Below, in pieces: positions 35,368 to 47,296 of a stretch of DNA of 64,000 nt (position 1 is its first letter; every line of letters begins with the position of its first letter). The translations under genes were made by a program, and so were the position numbers. The stretch is taken from NCBI GenBank assembly GCA_002269645.1, contig NIVC01002153.1, positions 62,001 to 126,000 of the forward strand, read 5' to 3'. The notes beneath the pieces are model-generated. The model saw only the letters and a program-made list of their open reading frames with translations, did not search any database and was not told where the DNA came from. Source of the DNA: Macrostomum lignano. Its lineage: Eukaryota.

Positions 35368-37389
35368 ATGCTAGCAGCCTTTCAAAGCGTGATTGCAGCG
35401 TGCATTGTCGGCCAAATACTCGGTGTAAGATCCATTTACCCTACGGAACACAGGCCACAGCCAGAGTTTCAAAGAGACAGCAACCGAACCAGCAACTTTC
35501 TGGCGAGCGACGAAGTGTGGGTGCCCGGAACTACTACCCTGGCTACTATGCGAATGGTTGGAGAGCCGCTGGACATTGCAGTTCGATTGCTCAATGGTCC
35601 CGCTTCGTTTGGACAGCCTAAACTCTACCTAATGGTGAAATGTTCGCAGTCGGACAGTTTCGTTACAGCGGAGCTGTTTACCGGATTTACTGAGCCCATT
35701 TCTGCTACGGGTGAGAATAACAACAAACTGGGGCGCGTGTTCTGTAAGCACAGGCAGCCATTCTCTGTTCAGCCAGTACAAAGTCGGAGCAACCAGTTCA
35801 GGCTGAAGCTGATTGACAACGCCGGGAGAGTTCCGTTTGAGGAATCGCTCGACTTGTCAGCAGAGATAGCTGTACGGGCCGCGTACAACAGACTCGAGCT
35901 GACTTCGAGTAGTCTACTCATCTACAACTGGGACTCTCTACTCAGCTTTGATGATGAGGCTGACGACCAGAGTTTTTCCGGAGGGTCAGCTCCAAAGAAC
36001 CAACACCAAATACTTTCCAAGGAAGCCATCGATTATTTATCGTTTCATTTTGACTACCTGCATGGTTCAAAATTCAAGAAAGTTCCATTTTTGCACGACA
36101 GGTTTGCTAAAATGGTGCAAAAATCTTCTCTAGTAGTGCGCAGCAGCTTAGTTTTCTCGGTAATTGTTCGCTATAACAGCAGCTCCTGCTGGGATGTTTG
36201 GGCACCAAGATCCGATATCGTTGTTTCATCCGGCGATCCGACTTACTCGACTTACATTCAGTCAAATTTGAAACCGTGCTACTATTTGGATTTGCGAACT
36301 GGAGTTTTGGAGGTCAACGGACACTGCATGAACGGCCGAGTGGACAAGGCTGCCAGACTAATCAAGAACGACACGCAAGTTGTGTTGACTTGCTACCGGA
36401 TATCGGCAAGTAACAAGGCCTGGCGTTATAACGCATTGAAGCCAGTCAAAGTCAATTACATGGATCTAAGATCTTTTCTTGTTGACATTAGAAGCGGTTT
36501 ATTTTTGGAAGTTTTTAATAATTTTGATAGCTACAAACGATTCGTAAAAAAATGCCATACCAGCTTCGATAAAATTGAAGTACAGCTATTTTCTGGAATG
36601 ATCGACGTCATTTTACAAGTGCCAGTCGTGTGTTCCATAATCCAACGCGTGTTCCACAATGGCACGGTGTGCGCTGGTCAGGTGGGAGGCGACGGCTTTC
36701 GAAACTGCAGTCAGTACTCAGTTAGCAAGTTTTACTCAGCTATCCGGTTTGATGGCATGCTTAGCACTAATCATGCTGGAGTTTACACATTCGCTACAGA
36801 GGACACAGTGTTCAAGTTCATAGTGACAGTGATAAGCCTACCTTTGTTCCGCACCGATGCTCAGTCTGGAGATCTCCAAGCGGAATCGATGGTCACCGAG
36901 CTGGTCCAGCTGTTTAACCTGAGCTGCACTGCGTTTTACTCCGGCGTGTCACCTGTCAGTCTGAGGCCGTCATTTTTAGTCAATGTTGACTTTAATCTGG
37001 TAAAGATGGCTGTCCACGAGTTCACTCAGTACTTGGGTACGGCTCCTCAGAAGTTAGAGGTGAAACGTAGCGACGACAACAACAGCAGCAGCAGGCTGCA
37101 GCTGTACATGCCTTACGTGGAGAACCCTGGCGACAAGGCCAATGCGTTTGTAGTCCGTTGCCGGGCCTCACTAACGGCTGCAGCTACAAAAAAGCTTCTT
37201 GGCACGTCAGTGGAGTACTCAACTGAAACTCGTGGCATTGTCCGCTTCACGAATCAGGTTCGAAATTTTCGAAACTATATGATGAGCAAAGACGTCTCGT
37301 CGGCAGTGCAAATCGACATTGCGCTGCTTACTACATCCATCTGCTTTTCTATTGTCGTTAGCAGCCTGACTGTAATCGATATGGGATAA
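35368..37389 (+). CDS. Intronless ~673-aa predicted cell-surface protein, paralog B
   Basis: ATG at 35368 (MLAAFQ...); same architecture as paralog A with near-identical blocks. Confidence 0.85.
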   Translation: MLAAFQSVIAACIVGQILGVRSIYPTEHRPQPEFQRDSNRTSNFLASDEVWVPGTTTLATMRMVGEPLDIAVRLLNGPASFGQPKLYLMVKCSQSDSFVTAELFTGFTEPISATGENNNKLGRVFCKHRQPFSVQPVQSRSNQFRLKLIDNAGRVPFEESLDLSAEIAVRAAYNRLELTSSSLLIYNWDSLLSFDDEADDQSFSGGSAPKNQHQILSKEAIDYLSFHFDYLHGSKFKKVPFLHDRFAKMVQKSSLVVRSSLVFSVIVRYNSSSCWDVWAPRSDIVVSSGDPTYSTYIQSNLKPCYYLDLRTGVLEVNGHCMNGRVDKAARLIKNDTQVVLTCYRISASNKAWRYNALKPVKVNYMDLRSFLVDIRSGLFLEVFNNFDSYKRFVKKCHTSFDKIEVQLFSGMIDVILQVPVVCSIIQRVFHNGTVCAGQVGGDGFRNCSQYSVSKFYSAIRFDGMLSTNHAGVYTFATEDTVFKFIVTVISLPLFRTDAQSGDLQAESMVTELVQLFNLSCTAFYSGVSPVSLRPSFLVNVDFNLVKMAVHEFTQYLGTAPQKLEVKRSDDNNSSSRLQLYMPYVENPGDKANAFVVRCRASLTAAATKKLLGTSVEYSTETRGIVRFTNQVRNFRNYMMSKDVSSAVQIDIALLTTSICFSIVVSSLTVIDMG

Positions 37390-37620
37390 TATCTACTGTT
37401 CATGGTTCAATCAGCGTAAACATAATTTACAGATTATTTGCCAGCAGCAAACTGCGCAACATTTCCTTTTGCTTTTATTGCTTCATTACCTGTGCTACTT
37501 GTACTTCGTGTGATTTGGCCATAGCTATTTAGCGTAGTTTATTCTAGCCCGAATCCTAATCTCTCATTATTAGATTTATCCATCTCCTATAGTTGCTGAA
37601 AAAAATTATCACAGAAGTAA

Positions 37621-38372
37621 CCTTCGCGCTCTCCTGAGACAATGATTTTCTAGTTTATACGATATGTATGCCTTGGAAAATATATTCGAGGATTCCTGAG
37701 ATATACATGTTTTTGCATTGACATTGTTTCATTAAGTGGTCGTAAAACCAGTAAATTGTAACCAGCTTGGAATATACTGCTTCAGCAGAAGTCTCCCCTT
37801 GTACAGAATCAGCGTCTCATCGATGGCGACATCCTGCTCTGGTCGATAGGTTTCGCGACAAATTCGGCTAATCAAGTCCAGAAAAGACATTACTTTGCAC
37901 AGTGGGTCGTTGATATTGAACTCTCGGCAGTCGTAGCACCGGAAGTAGGCCAGTAGCTGAAGAAATCGCCAACGGGGAAGGCTCTGCTTGCTGAAAGTAT
38001 GGATTCCGATACATGACGTCTGTGGACCAGTAGTAGCATATGCTTCTCATCAGCTTCTGGATCCATGCTTTCCGACTCCATTTCTGACTCAAAAACCGTC
38101 GAGTCATCGCTTGATAAAGCTTCTTCCAAATCGGAATCGAGTCCCAGTCTGCGCAAGGCGTTACTTTTAGCTGTCCTTTTCAGGCGCGTAGAAGCCATTT
38201 GTGGGTAGGAAGCTTTGAATAGGAGCTAGCAGAAAATCTCTGTGGTATACTACTTCTGGGCTTCTAGAGTGTGCATTCAATTCAGCAAGAAAGGCAAATT
38301 TGTCTATGGACTGCTCTGCAGGCCTTTGGGCTTTTAAGCGATCTTACAGAACCAAGCTTGGGCGCGAAGTGG
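37621..38372 (-). mobile_element. Internally deleted piggyBac derivative
   Basis: End TTAA|CCACTTCGCGCC at 38372 and degenerate GTAA|CCTTCGCGCT at 37621; acidic N-terminal ORF from 38198; core fragment YRPEQDVAIDETLILYKGRLLLKQYIP at ~37770-37860. Confidence 0.75.
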
Positions 38373-38659
38373 TTAATGTGTAGGGGCCTAATGAAAAATC
38401 CCCTGCGCTTCGGCCCTTGGAAGGGCTCTTGCGCAACTTTTTCTTTAAAGTCGAATAGTTGATTATTGACGTGTTTGATAGTCCCATCTTCAACTGCTCG
38501 ACACTTATTAGGAAACTCCCAACTCTCGACCTTTCCCTAACATTAACAATCCCCAAGCTAAAACTACTGGTAGTAGTGTAAAAGCATATCTGCCCTACTA
38601 CACTTGCAATAAAAATAAAAAAGAATTAAACTCTAACAAACCTCCAGTTGTAGTGAGTT

Positions 38660-41600
38660 CGATTGTTGTACTTAAGAGCACAGACTCAGTTAAATACTCT
38701 ATTAAATGAGCTGAGCTGTCTCGGGCGTGAAGCAGACGCGCTGGTTGTCTTTCAGATAAACGGCCAGCCTGATGACAGCCGGATACCGACTGTGCACTTC
38801 AAAGCCCAAGATGGTGTTTACCGCCTCCATGGGACCAATGTACCTGCCCAGAAGGTTGTCAAAGGTGAAATTCGCCTTGTGACCGCCGCGCACCTTCGTC
38901 ACCGAGAAGCCGCCCATCTCGGTTGATCTGAGATGATAGTGCGGGTAGCCGTCCTCTTGAATCATGGTGACTGCCTGGAACTCTCTCGGATAGCGTTTGC
39001 TGCATGCGCCATTCTCCACGCACGACGCGGCTGGATTCAGCTGCATTCCACTGGGACCATGCAGGAGATTCTCAGCGACCAGCTTGTGCAGGTCCGCGTC
39101 GGCAACGGGATCCGGGAGTTCTGCACTGATGATGGCGTCATATTGATCCGGCTTCAGCTTGACAGCCAACCAAAGCAGTGCGTGCACGTGGGGGAAGACC
39201 TATTTGAGTGGGATTTGGTTTATAAATGAAAAGTTTATTTATCCAGACATGATCAGCAAATATAACTAATTTTTATTTTTCTTCAGGAATAGCTTTTTTA
39301 ACAGTTTTATTAATACACATATTTAAGTATGCAATAAATATTGGCATGATAGTAGTTACCTCGAATTTTGGTACTCGAGAGCGTAGACTCGAGCCAGCGT
39401 GTCCCCAAACAGACTCTTCAGACTGTCGAGGAAGGCCTTCTTCTTCAGCTCGAACACCCTGGCGGTGATGTCCGGCCGATCCACGGCAGTTTGGCCAGGC
39501 AGCAGCAGCTCAGCAAGAATCTCAGGCCACTTCGGGTTACACGTCATCGTCAGGAACAGGTCTGGGCGGCCGAAGGCGTGCACATACGCCATGGCATCCT
39601 GCTGACGTTCTAGACGGTACCGAGGGCCACCGATGACGTATCCAGACGTCAGGATGACGTGGTTCCCGATGTCGATCCCGATCGGGTCGATCTCGCTCGG
39701 GTTCCTGTCGTTCGCGTGGAGGGCATCTCGCAATCCGCGCAGGCGCTCTGACAGCAGGTCCTTCTGGTGCAGTCGGATGTAGTTGAGCCTCTCCGACCAG
39801 ATACTGCTGGAACAGCCGGCCTCCGTAGTGCAGGCTGTTGAACTGGCCTGGGTGGACCTGGATCATGAAGGCGTAATACTTGATGATAGTGATGCCACGA
39901 TCCTGCTTGAGTCCGATGCTCCAGCCGTCCTCCCCAAATGGGAACAGCAGGACTTCCTTCAAGGGATCGTAAGAGCGGTGGGTGTCACAGATGCTCTGGA
40001 GGCCTGTGAATAAAAAATGATCGATGGGCGAATTCCGTCTTTTCTTAATGCAAATACAGCAATTACATCAATTAAACTGAATTCTTGAATCTTCCAATCG
40101 ACACAAAAGCAAGAGATGATAAAATGCTTCGTTATTCAAGGGATACATGTGGGATTAGGGATATATAATTGTGCATCTCATTATCATATAAAAAACGGAA
40201 AAATCTGAGTCTTATGGAAAATGATTTAGAAGTTTGTAATAACAAATAAAAATAAATTTAACATAAATTTCGGGTCGCAGAACTCACCACCGCCCCTCAG
40301 ACGCAAAATCATGTCTCGCCGTCGCGTCTGGGCTAGGCTGGTATCGCCAAGGACCGTCAGGATGCCGACTTCACTGCACTCGGGCAAATTGAAGCGCCTG
40401 GCATGCTCCCCAGATGGACGGGCATCCGGGTTGATGACGACCTTGTCACTTTGCAGCTGAGGGTCGTTGCGGAGCAAGTCAACGGCGGACTTGAGGCTGC
40501 GCACGTAGCCGTTGCACGCATGCAGCATGGCTTGCAGCTCTTCCAGCAGACGACCGTTCAGTCCGGTGGCCCACTGCAGCCGGGTTTGCGGCTCCTGGTC
40601 CACAAAAAAGACCTGGCAGAACCTGGCCTCATCCCCCGGATCCGACAACAGGCTGCCGATTCGATTGTGCATCTGGCCATGGAAGATGAAGCTCGGGTTC
40701 CAGCCGGGCTGCTCACGCTGCTTGGCTCCGAGTGACGTCATGTACAACGCTTCGTTGTACTTCCTGATGTCCTTCAGGAACTGCAAGCTGTCCGGGTGCT
40801 GGCCGCTTCAGGACATCATCGGGGGGGGGGGTGGGGTCACGGCGGGGCTCTAGGACGGTCTGAGAGTTGGATTAAAGTAAAAATATTTATCACTTTATGA
40901 CTGTGGCTTGTCTTTAAATTCCACTTTCTATTAGTAAGTTATTTCTTACTAATAAATTTTCTTAGCAAAAATATTAAAAACATAATCACCTTGTCTCCAT
41001 GGCAGCAAGCGCTGGCGAGCTCAGCTTTCCAGCGTAGGGCGCCGCAGTTCGGACGCTGAACATCCATGCGGCCGAGTACATGCGGCTGGTGCGCCAATTC
41101 CAGCAGTCTGGGATGCAGAAATGAATCTAGCAATGCTGTCGTGACTGTTTTTAGCAAAGAATTGGCATACGCTCGCGTTTTCATTTTTCAAATTTTATTA
41201 GATCCAGGTCGGGGGTTCGATTCTCGACTCACTCGGACCAATCTGTGTCCTTGAGCAAGACACTCAACTCTGCATGCTTCAGTTCACCCAGCTGTAAAAT
41301 GGGTGCCAGCATTAGCTGGGGTAATTTGAGGGTGTGTGGCGCCCTCCCTCCAGTCCGTAAGCAGCCTTCAGATGGGGCGCGCAATAGCTGCGGCTAAGCT
41401 GTCGGTTGCACATCTGGCCCAGTTGGGGCTGGTGTAATTATTTATTATTATTATTATTATTATTACTATTAGATCCAGGCTCTGATTAAACAAATAATGA
41501 AGTATAGAATATTCACCTGTCTCGGCGACGAACTGACTGTGTGTGCAGACTGAGGTTGCGGTCATCAGACGGCTCCGCAATGCGAAGCTGATTCTGGCGA

Positions 41601-41800
41601 TGCTGCTGCAACTGCAGGTGATGCAGATGGTCAGTCTCCGTTTCGCCCTCGCGCTGACGGATTGTGCGCAACCGGTTCTCGTCAAGGCGATGTTGGCGCT
41701 CGGGCTCGTCCTCTGCCTGGCGGCGGTATAAGTTAACAAAAGAATTGCGAAACAAACTGAATGGTAGACTATAGCACAATGCTAATATTGTCATGTGTAG
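38660..41800 (-). mobile_element. Helitron Rep remnant with spliceosomal introns; helicase domain absent
   Basis: CGALRW..CC zinc finger, FHGQMHNRIGSL, HRSYDPL, GRLFQQYLV, GRPDLFLTMTCNPKWPEI, HUH motif LPHVHALLW, CSKRYPR, GYPHY; frameshifts; ends not defined. Confidence 0.9.
41209..41466 (+). mobile_element. 5'-truncated CORE-type SINE inserted in the Helitron
   Basis: 13-bp TSD TATTAGATCCAGG (41196-41208 and 41467-41479), (TTA)n tail, CORE-like box. Confidence 0.9.
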
Positions 41801-42498
41801 CGCTACCTAAACTAAATGTCTGAATATTTATGTTGATGGATGGGAAAGGGGTTGATAGAAAAAAGTAACTATAACTTTAGTAGTCGATTGTTGTGTACAC
41901 TCCAAAAACATCGATATTTATCTTGCAAACCCTCGACAAGTCAGTGTCATTCGTGTATGATAATTGAAGCATTGCATGCCTGCTTCAAACCTCTCTTGCA
42001 TTATTTATTCATGGGAACGCAGCGACTGCCTCTGCAGCTGGTGGTTTCGCCCTCTGTCAATTTCTTTTTGCTGCTAACTTGAGCTCTTTATTTTATTCAT
42101 ACATCGGCATCACTGAAGTTTGCTTGTGCAACAAACCTGAAGACAATATGACAGTTCGTATGACTGACGGACTTCGATATAATAGCAAGTCACCTGCACT
42201 CATGTGATTAAGGTATTCGTTAAAGTGAAGTGGTTGGTGATTGTGGTGATCAACTCCCTCCCGCAAAGCCTCTATTGAAACTTCAAGGTCTCATCTCTCT
42301 TCTCCTCCTCTCCTCCTCATCTCTCGTCTTTTCTCTCCTTTTTATCTTCTATCTCATCTATCCTTTCATCTTCACCTCTCACCTCTTCTCTCGCTCCAAG
42401 GTCTCAGCTCTCTTCTCTTCTCTCTTTCCCCTTCTCTATCCTTTTCGCTTTCATCTGACCCCCATTTATATAAAAAGTTTGCATACCTTTTGTCCTAG

Positions 42499-43378
42499 AG
42501 AAACTGGAAAAAATACAATTTGAGTGGAGCAGCGTCTCTGCTTTGTTTGCGCCCACTGCATCGGCGAAAAGGCAGCTGACGTAGCAATACTTGGGTTGCT
42601 TCGTCGAAAGCGTTCCCGCGAACCGGGATCTGGTAGGTCTGAAAGGTCTTGCAAAGCTGGGTCCCCACGATGTAACTATTCTAGCGCAAGGACTGACCTC
42701 AATCGCAACGATGTCGGTTGACTTGTGCAGCGAGCTGTGCTCACTTGGTGGATTCACATACTTTGGAGTGCAGGCTGCGTCTTACTGCTCGTGCGACTTT
42801 ACCTACGGTTCCTTTGGAACCGCCAACGAGTCCGACTGCTACATGAACTGCGTGGGAAATGCCTCTCAGAAGTGCGGAAACAGCTATCGAAGTTCGATGT
42901 ACAAAATCACTTATTTGAGTGAGTTTCCAAAGGACTAAACAGAAATTTGAAATCGATAAATTAAATTTTGTGGCGTATTCTAATCTACTTCTAGAGTAAA
43001 CTCACTTCTAGAATCTCGATGCAGCATTAGGGTATACAGTATAAGATTCAAAGTTAATTTCAAATCGCTTGTTAAGATGTACTTATCAGTATGTGCACTA
43101 CATGCGATCTCTTCTTGCAGAAAAGCTTCAATTTCATACCGGATCTTGTCAGCTCACCGGTGCTGCTCGACGCTGCCTATCCTGCCGGTGTCGTAACCAA
43201 CCGAATGTCTGCTGCCAACACTCTTCTTCGCTGCCTCCTCGACTGCCAGGAGAACCCGGTGGCGATGTGCCAAGCTGTCTTGTTCGAAGCAAGCGGCAGA
43301 CGCTGTCACCAGCTGACGTTCGCTGCCATTCCAACTGAGCTGGGCGGATCGGACGGCGAATTCTGGGCCAGAACGTGA
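42499..43378 (+). pseudogene. WSC-domain exon plus PAN/apple-like exon, apparently disrupted
   Basis: QYLGCF...C..LC...YFGVQ..YCSC...C..NC.GN.SQKCG (WSC); LLRCLLDC...C.AVLF..RC.L (PAN-like); in-frame TAG just before QYLGCF; best donor (42919, phase 1) and best acceptor (43120, phase 0) are out of phase. Confidence 0.6.
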
Positions 43379-43734
43379 AATATTCAACCACCAAATGCAG
43401 ATCGGTGACGGATTCTGGCAGAAGAAAACAAGAACAAAACTTTTTTTGCGTTGCATATACGTACCTACACGCACTAGAAATGTCAAAACTTTTGATTGCA
43501 TGCCTTATCAAGGCATTCCTCTGATCGATCAATCAACTAAAACACTAAGTTTTATGAAATTAGAAAAGAATACTTAACTTAACGTGGCTGCTATCAGATA
43601 TAAAACATCTCGTTACATTATTGAAATTGACATCAAAACAAATAGATTTCTTAAGATCTTTTTGTCAATAGAGCGATACTGGACTAGTCACGCAACTCAA
43701 ATTCATCATTTTTTCGCGTGTGATTTTTATTTAC

Positions 43735-45060
43735 AATAATAATAATAATATAATAATATCACGCCCGCGCCGACCACACAAGTGACCAAAAGAGGGTTGC
43801 GTCAAATCGCGCGCTTCAGGACAAGGGGCCGTATGCAGAAAGCCTAGTCCAGACTAGCTAGTCCGGACTTGGGTAGTTCAGTCTATAGTCTATGGTCTAG
43901 TCTATGGCTGGGGGCTCGTGCATCATCGATAAGACGGTCGAAGCTCTTCCCTATCCGCGCCTGCGAGGTCCCTGCGGAGTCCACAGCAGGACGTCCTGCA
44001 GCGGCTCTAGACAGTAGGCTTCGGCCCCTATGATATGCCCGGCAAGCCGCAGACGTCGCTTGCTAAGCAGGACAGAAGGCCGCGTCAGGCGCGCTCGCTG
44101 GTACAGGAAGTCTGTCGTCTTGCTGCCGGGGCTGCGGCGGGCGCCGAAGCGGCACGAACCAGCTGCCTCTCGAGCGTCTCGGTCAGCGTCCAGGTTTCAG
44201 CATTGTACAGGAGGGCGGTCTCGAACATAGCTTGGAACAGCTGGGACCTGGCGCTGTCCGACAGGGCCTCCGAGAGCAGCACCGCCCGAACAGATCGGAA
44301 GGCGGCCCAGGCCTTGCCGCGCCGTCTCGCCAGGTCGTCACTCACGCCCGGCAGCAGCCCGCCGAGGTAAAGGAACTGACGACACTTCGGGAGCACCGTC
44401 ACAGGGCCATCGCCGTCTCTGAGTCGAATCTCGGCGGGTGGATCGTGAGGCACCGTCAGCACCTCGGTCTTTTTGGCGTTGATGACTAGGCCGACCCTCG
44501 CAGCTCCGCAGTCAGGCCATCCAGCAGCCGTTGGGCGCCTTCTTCTCCGGGTGTCGCTGACTGGTGCGCCTTTGCAGTAGAAAGCTGTCCTCTGCGGTCG
44601 GCAGGCCGGTCCTGAGCACCCAGTCCGTCAGCAAAACAAAGAGGAAAGGCGCCAGAGTGTCACCCTGCAGCACTCCGGAGGTCGTGCTGAACAGGACCGA
44701 TCGTCCGTCTGGCGTCGCTACCGCAACGGTGGTGTCCTGGTACAGCGCCATGATGGCGGAGATCAGTTGCTGCGGTATGTTGTAGGCACGGAGCACGCGA
44801 GGCAGCTCACAGTGGGCCACCGAGTCGAAAGCCTTGAGGAAGTCAACAAAGATGACAACTAGGCTTGACTGGTGGATGTGTGCTTCCTCGATGATGCAGC
44901 GGAGGGCCAGGATCTGCGTCACTGTGCCACGACGGGGCCGGAACCCGTTCTGCTCGTACCGCAGGTACGGGTCCAGCGCAGGCTGTAACCATGCTAACAG
45001 CACCCGGTTGAACAGCTTCGCAGCACAGGACATCAGCGAAATCCCGCGATGCTTCATTCA
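43735..45060 (-). mobile_element. 5'-truncated RTE-clade LINE with (TAT)n tail; YADD region deleted
   Basis: RGISLMS...QNGFR...DFLKAFDSV...GVLQGDTLAPFLF, YLGG, LLYNAETWTL. Confidence 0.92.
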
Positions 45061-45139
45061 CAGCTCTTCTGTATAAGTACGGAGACGGAGTACGGAGAGT
45101 GAGACATCGAGAGAGGCTACTTAAAAGCCTTCAGTACAA

Positions 45140-45600
45140 GCGACCTTCTTCTTTACTGTAGCTGTCTTGGCCGTGGGCGCACCCATTCATGCAACAGCTT
45201 CCGCCACCACTGCCCGTCTTTGCTGCTCTCCTTAGCCTCTCCATTTTCCATCCGGTCCATTCTGAGGTCATCCTCTCACTGCATTTTCGGCCTTCCTTTT
45301 CTTTTTTCGCCTTCTAGTTGTCCTTGAATACAGACAGTTGCCAGGACTCTCCTCCTCGTCTGATGTCTGCATGATGGTCTCCTCCACAGATTCTGGTTCC
45401 TTTCCCAAAACCTTAGCTTTTCTCCAAACCCAGGCATTTGTATTTTTCTCTTTCCATGAAATCTTTTATAATTCTTCTGTAATATTTCATTTCAAAGGCT
45501 TTGAGTATCTCCACACTTTTCTTCCCCAGAGTTCAGCTTTCGGACCTATAAGAGAGTTAGTGGTAGTTTTGCTGTGCATGACTGGGTGAAAAGGAAAATA
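45140..45600 (-). mobile_element. 3' fragment of a second RTE/BovB-like LINE
   Basis: Frameshifted SESWTL...AFEMKYYRRIIKISWKEKNTN and AKDGQWWRKLL, then AAGAAGAAG tail. Confidence 0.65.
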
Positions 45601-45784
45601 AAAGGAAAAGGATGAGAGAGGCTACAATTGCGGAAGTTTGAAGTCAGTCTGTTCCATAGACAAACTTGTAGCTTCAGTTAGCAACTTAATCCGAATTAGG
45701 TTTGTTGGGATTTTGTGTTCCACTAGCATTTCTATGTTGATTCGCGGCGGTAGTTTTTGCTGAGAAATTTCGAGGTTGTCAACA

Positions 45785-47296
45785 ATGCAACTGGGCACTT
45801 TTCAGCTCTATTCGGAGGCCAGCGCTGCCGACCTGCTAGCTACCGAACCGGATCTCGAGTGCCAAGTTGAGCACACCGGCCGGCTGATCCTACCTGACCG
45901 GCTGCTCCACCGATTGGCCGCTTGCCAGCCGCCATTTCTGTTTCGACTCTCGACCGCGTCGGCTACTGTGCACCTGGGCTATCCCGTGTTTCGCGGCTTT
46001 CGACCGCAGAAATCCGATGGCATATCAATTGGCAACGCTCTGATTGCTCCAGCATGGGCGGCAAAGCAGCTGTCCAATGCCGACTCGAGCTTGACAGCTG
46101 ACACCCAGGATGCCTTCAACAACTGCAGGGCCGTATTGTCGATTGTCGCCCTGCCAACTGGTAGTTTTATTCGGCTGCAACCAATGCAGCCAGACGAAGT
46201 GTTCGGCTGGACCAATCCGACTGCCACTCTGAATAAAAAGCTGCGCGACTTTGCCTGCCTATCAGTTGGATGCGTTTTCAGCATTCTCTATATTGACAAG
46301 TAAGCCGCAATGTCTATTCATGGAGCTGTTTTGGGTAGTTGGTTGATATGCAGCTTGTTTAGATTGCTAGTTTAAGAATATTGCACAACTGATCAACCGC
46401 TCTAACCGGCGCTCTAACCGCTTGGCTACAACCCCCTGAGTGACCGAGAAACTAGCATAACGTCTCGATCAGTTAATTCGTGGATTTTATGGAGAGCATT
46501 GAATTAATATATTTTGTATTGTATTCTAATCTGTTTAAGCCATTAGACTAGATGTTTCGGTCTAATGAGGGAGACCTTTGTATTTGTAGATGGAGTTACA
46601 GGAAATCATACCGAGAGTCTACTTATGACAGGATCTATTTTGAACTAAACATAAACTGGTAACTGCAGCGACGACACTGCTTTAAAACGTTCCCCCTTTC
46701 TCAGAACATTTCATTTCGAGGTGAAGTCATTAAAGCCAGCCGAGGCAGTCTGCATAATCGACTGCGACATGCAACTGGAGTTCGACTTCTCGTCTAATGA
46801 CCCTGCTCAAGGTGCCGGAACTAGCCAAGACGACCGAAACCGACACGACGATGTTGTACTGAACGACGATCGACTGCTTCGTTGTGGCGTCTCCACCAAG
46901 CCAGCGGTCAGTGCGGATCCAACAGACTCGGACATATCAGCCAAGCCGCAGCCCACCGATCCGGCACCGAGATGCAGCGACTTGCTCAGAGACGCTCTCG
47001 GTCGGGCGAGAGAGTCCGTCAATGCCGCCTCGCGTCGCTGGGGCTCGGGTGTGGAGCTGGCCTCCGGCCAGACGGTGGGCACCTCAGCGCCGCTGCTGCC
47101 ACCAGCTGAGGAGGCCAAGGCTAGAAAAGCAGACCCTGTACCAAATCTGTCGTACCTTTGGGGTAGCCTAAACTTTCTTCGACCGGTTGGCAGGGTCAGT
47201 TCAGATCAAGATGCTGCTCGATCGGCAGTGGATGCTCAGGATTCATTCGGCGCTGGTCGAGGCGTGCGGCTGAAAGACAGTCTGACGCCAGAGTGA
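45785..47296 (+). CDS. UFD1: Divergent UFD1-family protein (~368 aa), exons 45785-46299 and 46705-47296
   Basis: GRLILP, PPFLFRL, LQP, TNPTATL...LRDFACL, and across a phase-2 intron KTFHFEVKSLKPAEAVCIIDCDMQLEFD; C-terminal SHP-like FGAGRGVRL. Confidence 0.8.

Noticed and set aside
21000-38000. Simple recent segmental duplication as the explanation for the paralog pair
   Set aside because: Flanks, signal peptides, central domains and tails are not shared at DNA level; identity is confined to internal blocks
38568-38600. GTAGTAG...CTACTAC as Helitron 3' hairpin
   Set aside because: Weak stem, long loop and no properly placed CTRR end
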